Notes: generated from the sequence alone by a model not told the origin. Numbered from the whole stretch's first letter, positions 48,336 to 62,279 are shown. The stretch: 63,971 bases of DNA, filler included, from Octopus bimaculoides (GCF_001194135.2; 6 parts of 6 records of this genome joined end to end with filler, not necessarily neighbours in it); one strand, 5' to 3'. Made by a program: numbers and translations.

Positions 48336-50744
48336 ATAACAATAATTGCATATAAAACATTATATAAGATGCAGAAACTACTTGTAAATAAACCTACTTG
48401 CTCAATCTATATTTAACGTTTTATGATCCTCATCAAATCTGCACCTGTAGGGAAACGTCTTGAATAGATTTTGTCGTTTAATTTCAACAAAAATTATTCA
48501 GAAAATAGCAGTGCCTATCATCCATTCTGGACTGGGTTGGATACTAAATGTTATTTTCATACCATGATTTCACAGTGATGTCCAGAAATTTGGACACGGT
48601 ATCCATCAACAAACCTTCACAGTATTTGAGGAGGGTTATATGTGTATTTCGAAGATGTATTTGCTAGGAAAGTGACTGGTTGTTAAAGTGAGGTTTCAGT
48701 CATTGTACCTTCAACCTTTTTTCAGATGCCTGTCATATTCAGAAATGTTCCTGAAATTTATTAAATCCATAAGAGTAAATTGTTCTCATCCTGCTATTTA
48801 TCCCAGGGATAAACTTCCCTCATGGATTTAATAAAGTGATTGGTTTTAAATTCTGAGAACATTTTCAAATATGACAGGCTCCTTGAAGAAGGCATGAGAA
48901 ACATTGTAAGTCTAACATACAAGATGAAGATCATTGACCAACACTATCAGTGTATAATAATAATAATTCCACATTTAAGAAATTCAAACAAAATGTGTGT
49001 GTGTACATATGGCTATACCTATGCCTACACTGATCTAACAAAATAAAGAAAATGTTATGTTGTGTCCTGGGTCAATGTGATCAGTTAAACCATCGAATTG
49101 GTGTCACAGCATGGCTGCAGTCCAATAAGTAAAGCCAGCTGATTGTAATTCATTAGTCTTTAACGCTATTATAACATCATTAAATTTTTATGCTTCTAAA
49201 GAAATTAATTCAATTACTTTGTCATTTAAGAAATTAGCTTCAGTATTTTACAACTACAAACAATCCTTTAATTTCATAACATTAGTAAATTATTTTGTAG
49301 ATATTATTGTCACAACTTGTAGGTGCCAGCTTGCATTCCATATCAATGGCAGAGTACCTACATGGTTGTTTGAGCTATTAGAAACAGCACACAAATCTTC
49401 CTCAATTCACATTCTAAACCTGCATATAAAACAGGAAGAATGCTTTGGATAATGTTGTCTTAGATATGTTGTGTCTGAAAAAAAGATGAGCTGATACCAG
49501 CTGAAACATCTTTGATCATAGTTCTGTGACATTCTAAAAAGTTAAATTTACTTCCATCACTCTATAAATTGTTTCTCAATCAGCTGGTTCTTCATCCAAT
49601 AGCACCTACAGAACCTCATAGAAAGATGCAGTTATAACAGATCAGCTTATGCTGTTATACCATGAAAAATTAAACTTGAAATGGATGATGATCTTGAAAT
49701 AGATTAAGTAATAGAAAATGAATTTAATAAAGTATATTGATTTTATATATGTGTGTATATATATAGTCCAAAATTAATGATGGTCTGAATTACCAAAATT
49801 CATTTAATAAAGTTTGCCAACTTGTATAGACCTGTATACTCATAAATGATTTGAATACTGTAGTTTCAATAAAGCCCTTCTTCAGAGAGAAAGAGATTTA
49901 AACTTAATACATGGGCTATTATAAACAGTTTGAAAACCTCCTTCTGAGGAGTTGATGGGCAACGTCATTGATTATGTTTGTCCATGATGTGAAATTATCC
50001 AAATGGCATCAGATCTCAATTACAATCATTCAAAATACAGACAAGACCACTGTTTATCTCCGAGTTATTTAACCATATTAAACTGCTTCAAATAATGTAT
50101 ATGACGTTAAATGATGATGATGAATTATGTATATTCAAATATTCAATAATATTCAAATTTTATTCAAATATTATTTGAATTATAATTATTAATCAAATAT
50201 AAAAAATATATTCAGATAATGTATTCAAATATTCAATAATATATTCAAATAATATGAATTTTGTTTTTTTAAGTATATTTTCATACCAGCATTTTTGTGC
50301 ATATATCACCATTTTAACATCCACTTGTCCATTCTTGCATGGCTCTGACAAAGTTTATTGAGGCAGATTTCCAATAGCCAGATGCCCTTCCTGTCACCAA
50401 TCCTCATGTTTCCAGGCAAAGTAACATTGCTCCAAAGTGAGACGTTGTCGCAGAATATTGGATATGACACAGCTAATGAAAGTGACACTCAAGTTAGAAA
50501 TAATCAGCCAAATCTTGCTACAATCATACATTCTCCAGCAGCAGATCATTTATACCTAATAGAAATAGTCAACAACTTTTTCTCAAATGACACCCTGTTG
50601 TCTCATGTATATATGTATGCATGTATGTCTGAGCCTACAGTAGACTTTCTATATGGTAGCTAGATACAACAAAAATAGTAGCCAAATATCTCTCAACTCA
50701 CACATAGTAACATCAAGTATAGACACACAGTAGTAACACTAATG

Positions 50745-51650
50745 TACATGGGTTGGCTGAAAAGTTTATAGGCTGACCAAGATACCCTCATGGAATATGA
50801 CCAAATAAGGTTTATTTCTCAACATAGTCCCCTTGTCGTCCACACACTTCTTCCATCAATGTTGCAGTGCTTGGATTCCATTAATGAAGCAGCTTTCGTC
50901 CTGCCAGTCAAAAGTGTCATCAACAGCAGATATGACATCATCACTGCAATACTGGTTCCCAAGTGTTTGTTCATATTGGGGAACAGATGATAGTTAACAG
51001 GGCCAAATCAAGAGAATAGGGAGGGTGATCAACTAGTTTAAAGCCACAGTCATGCACAACAGCCATCAAAATCAAGGATTTGTGTGCTGTCCTCATGAAA
51101 CAAAACCTTTTTGTCAGTTTGTCCTCATGAAACAAAAACCTTTTTGTCAGTTTTCCAGGACATTTGCTCTTGATAACCTTTAGTAACTGCCTCAGCAAGT
51201 TGACATAGTACTTACTCTCCATTAATGATCCAACCCTTCTGAAGATAATTAATAGATACAATGCCTTTTGCAGTCCAAAAAACTAAGGCCATCACCTTCC
51301 CTGCAGATGAAACGACCTTGGCTTTCTCTGGAGCAGGTGAGGAGTGTTTCTACTACATGGATTGTCTCATTGTCTCTGGTTCAAAGTAAAGAACCTAACA
51401 TTCATCCTGGCTTAGGAAATGTTCAAGGAAATCAGCTGAATCTGCCTCAAACGATGTTAGATTTTCCCAGGATGTGATCAGCCTAGTGCACTTTGGATCA
51501 GGTGTCAGAAGATGTGACAACCACTGAGCAGAAGCCTTTGTCATGCCAAGTTCATTGTGCAGAAAATTCAAAACTCTTCCACAGGATATGCTGATAGCAT
51601 TGGCTATTTGATTGTCATCCATCACCATGTGCTGAAGAGGTGAATACATG
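50745..51650 (-). mobile_element. Mariner (DD34D, Himar1/irritans-like) transposon fossil, 5'-truncated
   Basis: Terminus TA-CATGGGTTGGCTGAAAAGTT at 50745. Broken transposase with motifs LTPD..TRL, QDEC, AGKVMA.VFW.AKGI, YYVNLLRQL..IKSK.PGKLTK and VHDCGFKLVDHPPYSLDLA. Many stops and frameshifts; internal 32-33 bp tandem duplication at about 51088-51152. Confidence 0.9.
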
Positions 51651-52511
51651 GCTTTCCCCATCTGGGAAAAGAGAGGGAGAGATGTGAGGTCAAAGTATAT
51701 GGTGAATATGAAAAAGAGAAACAGGATACAGGAACAGAAAAGGTGCATTGGTAGGTAAGTGTGTAAGAGTGAAATTACTGTGATGGAAAATTAGTGATAG
51801 GAAAAGAGTTGGACACAGTGAAAAATAGTTTGCAGGACACACCCATGCATTAACTTTAAATCCATTTTTCCATGCTAGCATGAATTAGGTGAATACATAT
51901 CTACAACCAGATGTCCTTCATGTTGCTAATGTGTGTGTATGTGTGTGTGTGTGGATACTTATATAGGTGAAATGTAACAAAGTTATTGCATTATGAAACA
52001 CAGCTTCTAAGTAACCATAGAAAAAGGATCAAACATCTATGCTTAGTAGAATAACTATATTTTTACGTTCATATATTAAACAAGTTAATTGAGGAGAAAA
52101 CAAGTATTTGTTCAACAGTGTAATTAATTATTGCTCTTTTCACATGTAAAAAGAAAAATACACCAGTGACAAATTAATCAACTGAAATATATTTTATCAT
52201 TTCTAAATAGATGATTGTTTAGCTCCAAATCATCCTCAATCAAGTAGACTTTATGATCAAAGACAATCTAGAGTTTAAGAGGTTCAATTCAAATCAGTAA
52301 AATTGCCAAGAAACTGAAAACACATAACACTTTAAATTGTATGGTTGCTTTTATTAATTTATATCTTTATTAATTATTGATGCAAATATTTTATAACTGG
52401 TTATGTGGAAGTTTGCTTCCCTCTCATTAGTAATTAAGTTAAATCCCAGCAGATCTGGGCTAATCAAAGCCTTGTGAGTGGATTTAGTTGATGGAATCTG
52501 AAAGTCCATCA

Positions 52512-52553
<42 letters not shown>

Positions 52554-52653
52554 NNNNNNNNNNNNNNNNNNNNNNNNNNNNNNNNNNNNNNNNNNNNTTA
52601 ATTAATTAANNNNNNNNNNNNNNNNNNNNNNNNNNNNNNNNNNNNNNNNNNNN
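52554..52653. other. Artificial scaffold join
   Basis: Same 44 N / TTAATTAATTAA / 44 N layout. Confidence 0.95.
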
Positions 52654-55600
52654 ATATATATATATATATATATACATCTACACACAAACATACGCATATA
52701 TACATCTACAAACGCATGCATACGCAAACACATATATGTATATACATATATATGTATATATAAATATATATATGTATATATATAAACACATATTTTATTT
52801 TTATATTTTTATTTTCTTATTTCCCTCTATACTTCCTAAATCCACACTTTCCCAAAATAACTTATTATATTGAACTCTACTATTTCTCTCTAGTGAAGGC
52901 AGGGATATCCCTAATATCTCCAAAAGAGCTGTAAGATTACCATTCTCTTTATAAATATCCTATGAATTCTACATGACCTTGGTTTTCTTGTCTCATGTTA
53001 TTTAACACACACATATGTGTGTGTGTGTGTGTATGTGTGCGTGTGTGTGTGTGTGTGTCTGTGTTTGTGTGTTTGTATGTGTGCGTGTGTAAGAGCGTGT
53101 GTGTATGCATGTGTGAAAATTTGAAACGTTTATTTGGCCCCATCGAGGTTCAAAATCTGGAGGCCCGTGCGTAGACTTCCGTAAGAGAAAGAGATTATTG
53201 TTTCTATTTGCAAACGTAATCGACCACTAGGAAAAGTTATATAATCAAAAATCAACCAATGTTGTTTATACTGTTAGTGACAAATGTAATTCGAATAATT
53301 CCTTATCGATAGCCAATAGCAATTTAGAGTTGATACCCTTTACNNNNNNNNNNNNNNNNNNNNNNNNNNNNNNNNNNNNNNNNNNNNNNNNNNNNNNNNN
53401 NNNNNNNNNNNNNNNNNNNNNNNNNNNNNNNNNNNNNNNNNNNNNNNNNNNNNNNNNNNNNNNNNNNNNNNNNNNNNNNNNNNNNNNNNNNNNNNNNNNN
53501 NNNNNNNNNNNNNNNNNNNNNNNNNNNNNNNNNNNNNNNNNNNNNNNNNNNNNNNNNNNNNNNNNNNNNNNNNNNNNNNNNNNNNNNNNNNNNNNNNNNN
53601 NNNNNNNNNNNNNNNNNNNNNNNNNNNNNNNNNNNNNNNNNNNNNNNNNNNNNNNNNNNNNNNNNNNNNNNNNNNNNNNNNNNNNNNNNNNNNNNNNNNN
53701 NNNNNNNNNNNNNNNNNNNNNNNNNNNNNNNNNNNNNNNNNNNNNNNNNNNNNNNNNNNNNNNNNNNNNNNNNNNNNNNNNNNNNNNNNNNNNNNNNNNN
53801 NNNNNNNNNNNNNNNNNNNNNNNNNNNNNNNNNNNNNNNNNNNNNNNNNNNNNNNNNNNNNNNNNNNNNNNNNNNNNNNNNNNNNNNNNNNNNNNNNNNN
53901 NNNNNNNNNNNNNNNNNNNNNNNNNNNNNNNNNNNNNNNNNNNNNNNNNNNNNNNNNNNNNNNNNNNNNNNNNNNNNNNNNNNNNNNNNNNNNNNATATA
54001 TATATTTATGTATATGTATATTTATATATATGTATATATGCTTGAATTTGTACGTTTGTGTGTATGTGTGCACTTGTGTGCATATGTTGTTATTTCCCTT
54101 TGGCATAGCGACACTATTAATTCAATATGCGTATGCATCACTAAACAGCTTAAGTCAGGAACAGAAAGTAATAAGAAATAGAATAATGGGCAAGGGAACA
54201 AGTAATTATGTAACGATCTTTAGATTACAACTGTTTTGCTATAAGGTGCAATGCACACATATTCGAGTGCTTGTGTATCATAAAATAAGTTCTTTGAAAC
54301 ATAAAAGATGAAGTGCAAGTTTATTTGGGAAATTATTTATATATATTTATGGAAAAGATGACCGCTTATAAAAAATGTTTAAACGTAAGGAATATTACGG
54401 ATATTAGCCATTTCCAGAAATATTTCGATTTATATAACTCCGTGTTTGTGCTTGCAACTGATAATCACATTTCGTTTATTTAGAATTTATGTGTATGACT
54501 GTAATATTTTAATTGATTCCCGGACGGACATGTGGTATTCTTTGTCCCATGTATATGATTATATATTTTTTTGTGTTCCATCATTAAATACAGTAAGTGT
54601 TTTGATTTTCAGGGTGCTTGACATACTCATCCAGAAAAGTAGAATAGTTCAAATGAGGGTTTGTGAGGAGTGCGTATGTATACGAAAGGGTCTATACAAT
54701 TGTTGACTGCAGCACCTACGTATTTTGTCATAGGTGTATGCGTAATCATTTAACCCCTATATATGATGTTTTTGGGAAGAAATATATAAGTGTATACATA
54801 AATATATTGTCTTTCTTTCTATTTGAATAAAAAAATGATCAATGTAAGTGTACTTAGCATGTAGAGATATTCTCTGAAGTAATTTTTGTCGCAACTCTGA
54901 TTCTAATGACAATTCCCATATCCTATTTCCTTATGGAAAAAAGATTTTAGGATGCTAGTATGCATAGGTAAATTCAAGAATACATCCAACGAGGATAATG
55001 CTACCGATGTATAAACCTACTAAATTAGAAATTTATATCTGTTACTGTCCTTTTTCGCTTTATACTTGGGATATATTCTTCATACATGTTTAACGAATTT
55101 CATTCCAATAGACTAGGATATGATAAATCTAAGTATGAACGTTTTCTTGAAATCAAAAGTACATTCTATATTGTTGTTTCAATAGGCAGATTGAGAAATG
55201 TTATAGATGACAGACATATTATTCTGTAAGTTTTAAGTAAGAAAGTCTTGTCTCGTATTCAGATATATCAGATTTAAAAGAATGCATTCTGAACGTTCGT
55301 ACCATTCAGATTAATTCAAGACCCTTTCAAACAAGGATATTGTATATATTTCAAAGTATTACATAGAAACATAACCCCGATAGCTATGTAAATGCCCACA
55401 TATCCTTTAATTAACTGACATTATAATATAAATACATTGGTAGAATATCTACTATTTAACTATTAAAATCTCACTCACAAATAACGCATCTGTCACACTG
55501 TTGAATTGAAGTCACGAAACCACATTGGCAAAATTCATATGTTCACGGTCGTACGCAATTTATCTCAAACCCTTATCACATCTTTGTCGTCAAAAACTGT

Positions 55601-56923
55601 CATTGATTGAACATAACAGCTTGAAGAGTGCGGGCTTTACAGTTGAAAGAGAGGATATTAACTAACCAAACTTCCCATTTGACCGATCTATTATCAATTA
55701 TGTGCCTTCTCAGGGATTGCTTTGCTGAATGTTGATATTTTTCCTGGCTCTTTCTCCAAATGACTTTTCAAAGTTGTTGAGTGCATTATTCTGGCCTTCA
55801 CTATATATATCGTACCTTCATTTCTTGGAATATTCTAGTGAAGGGTGCATCTCTCAATCCTCACAAAAGTAAGCATATCCTTGTTTTTTTTTTTAACAGA
55901 TCGATGTCTCCTAAGGTTTTAGAAAGTGATTCCATTATTCAAATTGAACATTCGATTTCGGATCATATGACTACCACCAAGTTTACCACATATTAACAAA
56001 TTGGATTATAATATATTTACATTAGCTTCAAAAGCTCCCAGCAGTTCAAAGCTTTCTGAACTTCTTTCGTTCAAATAGAGAGCAAATTGTCGAGTTAACT
56101 ATGTTGCATGCAGTGTGAAGCTCTTAAATACTTACACGGTTTCCTGTAGACGCTGTCACCCAAGCAAAATTGAGTAGAAAGTTCATTTTGTGCCTAATCT
56201 TTCAGTGCAAATGAATTCTTAAACGTGTTGGCGATTTGCGTTATTGGACAAAGTATATTTTCATGAAATTGCATGGCCTATTTTCCATTCTTGTTCCACA
56301 TGCTTGAACTGTTTTCATTCATCTGGGCACATTTTTCTTCTCGATAGTGGAATCTTCCTAAATAAAACTGTATTCTTGTGGTTATGCGTAAGAGAGTTAA
56401 AATCATAGGTATTAAGAGGCGGTATATTACCACTGTTTCAATGACATTACTCTTCGGAAGATTTGTTGTTAATACGCGGCAGATGAAAGATCTAGTCACA
56501 TAAACAGGCATCTAAAGAGAACAATTCGGTTGATGTCAGAAAGCCTTCATCAGAATGCAAGCAGAAAACAAACGAACAAATTACGTTAATGGAAGACTTA
56601 CGTAACACGAATTTGAAATTTGGATGCTGATCGTCAATTAATGCAAAAATAGTATTGCCTTTGCAACACAGACTTTGCACATAAAATGGAGTGGTATGAA
56701 GAACAACCATATATACGTTGTGTGATAGTTAGAGGGAAGGTGCAGAAAGAGATAGATAGAGAGAGAGAGAGAGGATGATTATAATGATAACGTTGATGGA
56801 ATCAATTCGTATACGAATACGGACAAATCTAGCAGGAATGCAGTTCTCGCAGTCTACACTCTCCCTCTATCTCTCTCACGCATTTACACTCACAGATTTA
56901 AGCACACATACATATACACACAC

Positions 56924-56967
<44 letters not shown>

Positions 56968-57544
56968 CACATATATATGTATGAATATTTATTACTACTA
57001 TTATTATTGCTACTGTTATTATTATTATTCAGATATCAATATCTATATCAGCACACCTAAGTTTAATGTATATTGATGTTATATAAAAGAGTATTTACAT
57101 ATATGCATAAATGATTATGCATAGTTATTCATCTATATAACTATATGATTCCATCTTTTATTTGAATACAGGTACACTACTAATATACTAAAGTACATAC
57201 GTACACACATGAAACAATGAAACTATATCATCCTATTTCTGAATTTGTAATGACACATATGATATTCCAACGCGTATTTAATACATACATTCACACACAC
57301 AAACACATACAGACGTGCACGTTCGTATATGTACAAACGTTTTGCATATGTACTTATACATATATATANNNNNNNNNNNNNNNNNNNNNNNNNNNNNNNN
57401 NNNNNNNNNNNNNNNNNNNNNNNNNNNNNNNNNNNNNNNNNNNNNNNNNNNNNNNNNNNNNNNNNNNNNNNNNNNNNNNNNNNNNNNNNNNNNNNNNNNN
57501 NNNNNNNNNNNNNNNNNNNNNNNNNNNNNNNNNNNNNNNATATG

Positions 57545-57587
<43 letters not shown>

Positions 57588-58101
57588 ATCCTTATATTGG
57601 TGTACGTGTTATTGTAATGCAAAAGCGTTTGAGTTTATTTGTATTCGTCAATACTATATACTCATTTCAGAAACTTTTATTACAAAGATCCGAAGGGTGA
57701 GTCACGAATACAATACATAATTTTTCTAAAGAACGAGAAATGTATTATTACATTCCAGCATATCACTTGATATATACTGCTTGTAGATGAATTATTAATA
57801 AATCTGATAAAGACGTACGTCATAAAGAGAAAAGTTGAAATCGCTTATCTGAACTGAACCTGTTTACTTCATAGTCTTTCACTTACAAAGATGTTACCCA
57901 TATATATACACACACACATAGAGTCACACAGACACAGACACAAACACAGACACAGACACACACACACACACACTCGCACACGCACACACACACACACACA
58001 AACACACACAGACTTTTACATATATGTAAATATATTAATAAATACACATATACCTGTGCATGTACAAGTATATGTATATGTATATATATATGTATATATA
58101 T

Positions 58102-58201
58102 NNNNNNNNNNNNNNNNNNNNNNNNNNNNNNNNNNNNNNNNNNNNTTAATTAATTAANNNNNNNNNNNNNNNNNNNNNNNNNNNNNNNNNNNNNNNNNNN
58201 N
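58102..58201. other. Artificial scaffold join
   Basis: Same layout. Confidence 0.95.
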
Positions 58202-58323
58202 GCTAGCATGGAAAGCAGACATTAAACGATGATGATGATGATGATATATATGCATATATATATACATATATATGTGTAGAGTGTTAGGTGTGATGTACAA
58301 AATTAAAATATTGAAAAAAAGTC

Positions 58324-58998
58324 AATACAATGGCCCTTGTCTCTCTCTTTTACCACTCCTTAAAAACACCATTTCAATACAATGGCCCTTCTCTCTCTTT
58401 TTTACCACTCCTTAAAAACACCATTTCAATACAATGGCCCTTCTCTCTCTCTTTTACCACTCCTTAAAAACACCATTTCAATACAATGGCCCTTCTCTCT
58501 CTCTTTTACCACATCCTTAGAAACACCATTTCAATACAAAGGCCCTTCTCTCTCTCTCTTTTACCACTCCTTAAAAACACCATTTCAATACAATGGCCCT
58601 TCTCTCTCTCTTTTACCACTCCTTAAAAACACCATTTCAATACAATGGCCCTTCTCTCTCTCTTTTACCACATCCTTAANNNNNNNNNNATGGCCCTTCT
58701 CTCTCTCTTTTACCACTCCTTAAAAACACCATTTCAATACAATGGCCCTTCTCTCTCTCTTTTACCACTCCTTAAAAACACCATTTCAATACAATGGCCC
58801 TTCTCTCTCTCTTTTACCACATCCTTAAAAAGACCATTTCAATACAATGGCCCTTCTCTCTCTCTCTTTTTCCACTCCTTAAAAACACCATTTCAATACA
58901 ATGGCCCTTCTCTCTCTCTTTTACCACTCCTTAAAAACACCATTTCAATACAATGCTCCTTCTCTCTCTCTTTTACCACTCCTTAAAAACACCATTTC
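58324..58998. repeat. 52-bp minisatellite, at least 13 units, with a 10-N gap
   Basis: Unit AATACAATGGCCCTTCTCTCTCTCTTTTACCACTCCTTAAAAACACCATTTC, with length variants of 52-54 bp. Confidence 0.97.
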
Positions 58999-59275
58999 TA
59001 TTTAGCCCTAGGAAGCTAGACCGCTTCCTGTTGGCCTTCACACATTTCCTGTGTCCTTATATTTGTGACGGGGAGACAAGGTTCTCCACCCAGTTTTAGT
59101 CTGCATTCAGGAACATGTTTCTAAGTCATTGCACGTCATCAGGCTGAAGTAGCCAACCAGCTGGTTGAAAAAACCTGTCTAGCTTTAATGGGTCTGTCAC
59201 ATTAAGTTGACAGTAAACAACTGCTTTATCATAACACTGCTGCTTATATATCTCTGTGAGATTTCTAATTAGATC

Positions 59276-59317
<42 letters not shown>

Positions 59318-59851
59318 NNNNNNNNNNNNNNNNNNNNNNNNNNNNNNNNNNNNNNNNNNNNNNNNNNNNNNNNNNNNNNNNNNNNNNNNNNNNNNNNNNN
59401 NNNNNNNNNNNNNNNNNNNNNNNNNNNNNNNNNNNNNNNNNNNNNNNNNNNNNNNNNNNNNNNNNNNNNNNNNNNNNNNNNNNNNNNNNNNNNNNNNNNN
59501 NNNNNNNNNNNNNNNNNNNNNNNNNNNNNNNNNNNNNNNNNNNNNNNNNNNNNNNNNNNNNNNNNNNNNNNNNNNNNNNNNNNNNNNNNNNNNNNNNNNN
59601 NNNNNNNNNNNNNNNNNNNNNNNNNNNNNNNNNNNNNNNNNNNNNNNNNNNNNNNNNNNNNNNNNNNNNNNNNNNNNNNNNNNNNNNNNNNNNNNNNNNN
59701 NNNNNNNNNNNNNNNNNNNNNNNNNNNNNNNNNNNNNNNNNNNNNNNNNNNNNNNNNNNNNNNNNNNNNNNNNNNNNNNNNNNNNNNNNNNNNNNNNNNN
59801 NNNNNNNNNNNNNNNNNNNNNNNNNNNNNNNNNNNNNNNNNNNNNNNNNNN

Positions 59852-59912
<61 letters not shown>

Positions 59913-60991
59913 CATCTATATATATACATACATATACATACTACAAGGGTAAGGATTTTTGTCCTCTGTAACTTGGAGCTATTCCACATTCTTTTCTCCA
60001 AGAATAATTTAGTAAACCAGATAACACAGAGAGCATACAGATGCCAGCATTGGAGGAAACACACCTTCAGTTCTTTTCATTAATTTCTTCCTTCTTACTA
60101 ATTCTAGTTATTATTATTTTTATTTTTTCACCTAATGACATTCTCACTAGTGGACAGCCACCTTACAAGTGGAATGTACAATCACCCAGCTTAGTATTTA
60201 CCTTTAACTTTTGGCAATAACAATAATAGTAATAGTAATAACAATAAAAGTAAATTTGTTTTTATATTTATTACAATAATAATAATAACAATAACAAGAA
60301 TAATATCATTTAAACACTATCTTAAATAACAATTATATCTAACTCCAACGCCAGTTGTTTTTACTCTTTCCCCTTCCATAGTTGGTTCAGCAAGTCTTTC
60401 CATTCATTGAGTTTGAAGCATACTGGTATTTTTATGCACATACTTTCGATCCTGTTCTCGTAAACATGTTTTTTCTTATTACTTCATCACATTATAGTTT
60501 TGTACTTTGTATTACCATTCATTTAGGTTAATAACCGTATCTTAATATGATACAATGCTATGGTTGTTTAATTAATTATATTTACAATCTATTCTTTACT
60601 TTATTTTACCTCAGTATATAAGTTTGTTTACATAAGGAGTAATATATAAAGAATTCATTGGATTATCTCCCTTCCTCCTTTACTAAGATTTCTTGTCTAC
60701 CATTTTTTAAACTTTAGATTTTTGGATTTTACTGCGGTTCATTATGTCTTCTTTTTATTTTAAATTTTTAGCATAGCGTTCATAGCCTCTCTCCCTTAAC
60801 AGCTCCCTGTAAACTAGCGTTCTTGTTTCTAATGGTCATTTACTTAGCTATATAATGTTATAACTTGTACGCAACCTTAGCATTTAGCGCACGTCTTGCT
60901 TTTGTATGCTGGTTCCCTGACGATGAATTTATGTGCATATACCAGCACCTCTTACTTCTTTGGAGTAGAGTGCACATAAATTCTGAAACAT

Positions 60992-61091
60992 NNNNNNNNN
61001 NNNNNNNNNNNNNNNNNNNNNNNNNNNNNNNNNNNTTAATTAATTAANNNNNNNNNNNNNNNNNNNNNNNNNNNNNNNNNNNNNNNNNNNN
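60992..61091. other. Artificial scaffold join
   Basis: Same layout. Confidence 0.95.
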
Positions 61092-61526
61092 CGTTGATCG
61101 GATCAACTGGAACGCTCGTCGTTGTAACCGACGGAGTGCCAACGATTTCACAATTAAACGAAATTTTTCTAAATCGCTCTGTATCATATTCTCCATGATA
61201 CGGGTTGTACTAAATTGGTGTATATATTTATACTTACAGAGATTATTGTCGAAGGAGTTATAGTCACATATACACTCAATTTAATACCCAGTGTAAATAA
61301 AGACATCCGCTTTAACATCAGCATCATCTGAAAATACAGCAAGAAAACATCTATGGGGCACATAAATATACTCAAATCAAGGCAGCAAATACAGACATAT
61401 TTATGTATGCACGTATGTAAAGGCTAGCAGGTAAGTTTTTGTGAACACATACATCTATTTACCTATTGGGTTGCAAAATATAGTTCTTCATCACACTGCA
61501 TGCCTGCGTCTAAATAGTTAGTATTA

Positions 61527-61706
61527 GGTGCAGACGAGATTGCGTAGTAAGACGTTTACTTCTCAACCATATGGTTCCGGGTTCAGCCCTGCTGCATGTC
61601 ATCGTCAGCAAGTGTCTTATAATATAGCCTGTGGCCGGCCCACGTCTTGTAAATGAGTTTCATAGAAGGGAACCAAAAAAATACGTCGTATATGTGTATG
61701 TGTGCT

Positions 61707-61737
<31 letters not shown>

Positions 61738-62030
61738 ATGTATGTATGTATGTANNNNNNNNNNGTATGTATGTATGTATGTATGTATGTATGTATGTAT
61801 GTGTGTAGTGGTGGGGTGTTTGTGTGTCTTTGTGCATTTGATTGTCCTCACTACAGCTTGACAACGGGTGTTGGTGTGTTTACGTCCCCGTTACTTAGAC
61901 GTTTGGCAAAAAAAGACCCATAGAATAAGTAACACACTTAAAGAATATGTACAGGGGTTCATGCATTCGATTGAAAAATTTGCAAGGTGGTGCCCCAGGA
62001 TGGCTACTATCTTAAACTGAAACGAGTAAA
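61527..62030 (+). mobile_element. SINE family A, diverged copy that retains CpGs
   Basis: Head GGTGCAGACGAGATTGCGTAGTAAG...GGTTCCGGGTTCAGCCC; body and tail colinear with family A. Confidence 0.8.
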
Positions 62031-62279
62031 ATAAAAATAAGCAAATCGGGTAGAGACTCTTCATTCAAACAAAGCTTACCTTTAATTTAAAATCAGGTAT
62101 TTTAAAGCTGTGTTTAATTTTGAACACATTTCTACGTACTTCAGTTGTCTGCAAAATAAACAACCAATGCGTATGTAAACGATAACCAAATATTTGTTAT
62201 AACTGAAAATAAATATATTTAACTATTACATTATGATAAGTATATTTATTATAACAGAAACATACATTATTTACATTAT

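Noticed and set aside
50110-50255. Cluster of ATATTCAA(AT) motifs
   Set aside because: Decayed low-complexity AT-rich repeat; no evidence of function.
56805-56818. Perfect 14-bp palindrome ATTCGTATACGAAT
   Set aside because: Several palindromes of this length are expected by chance in about 55 kb of AT-rich sequence.
58324-58998. Regular repeat array as CRISPR
   Set aside because: Contiguous tandem units with no unique spacers, no cas genes, eukaryotic context.
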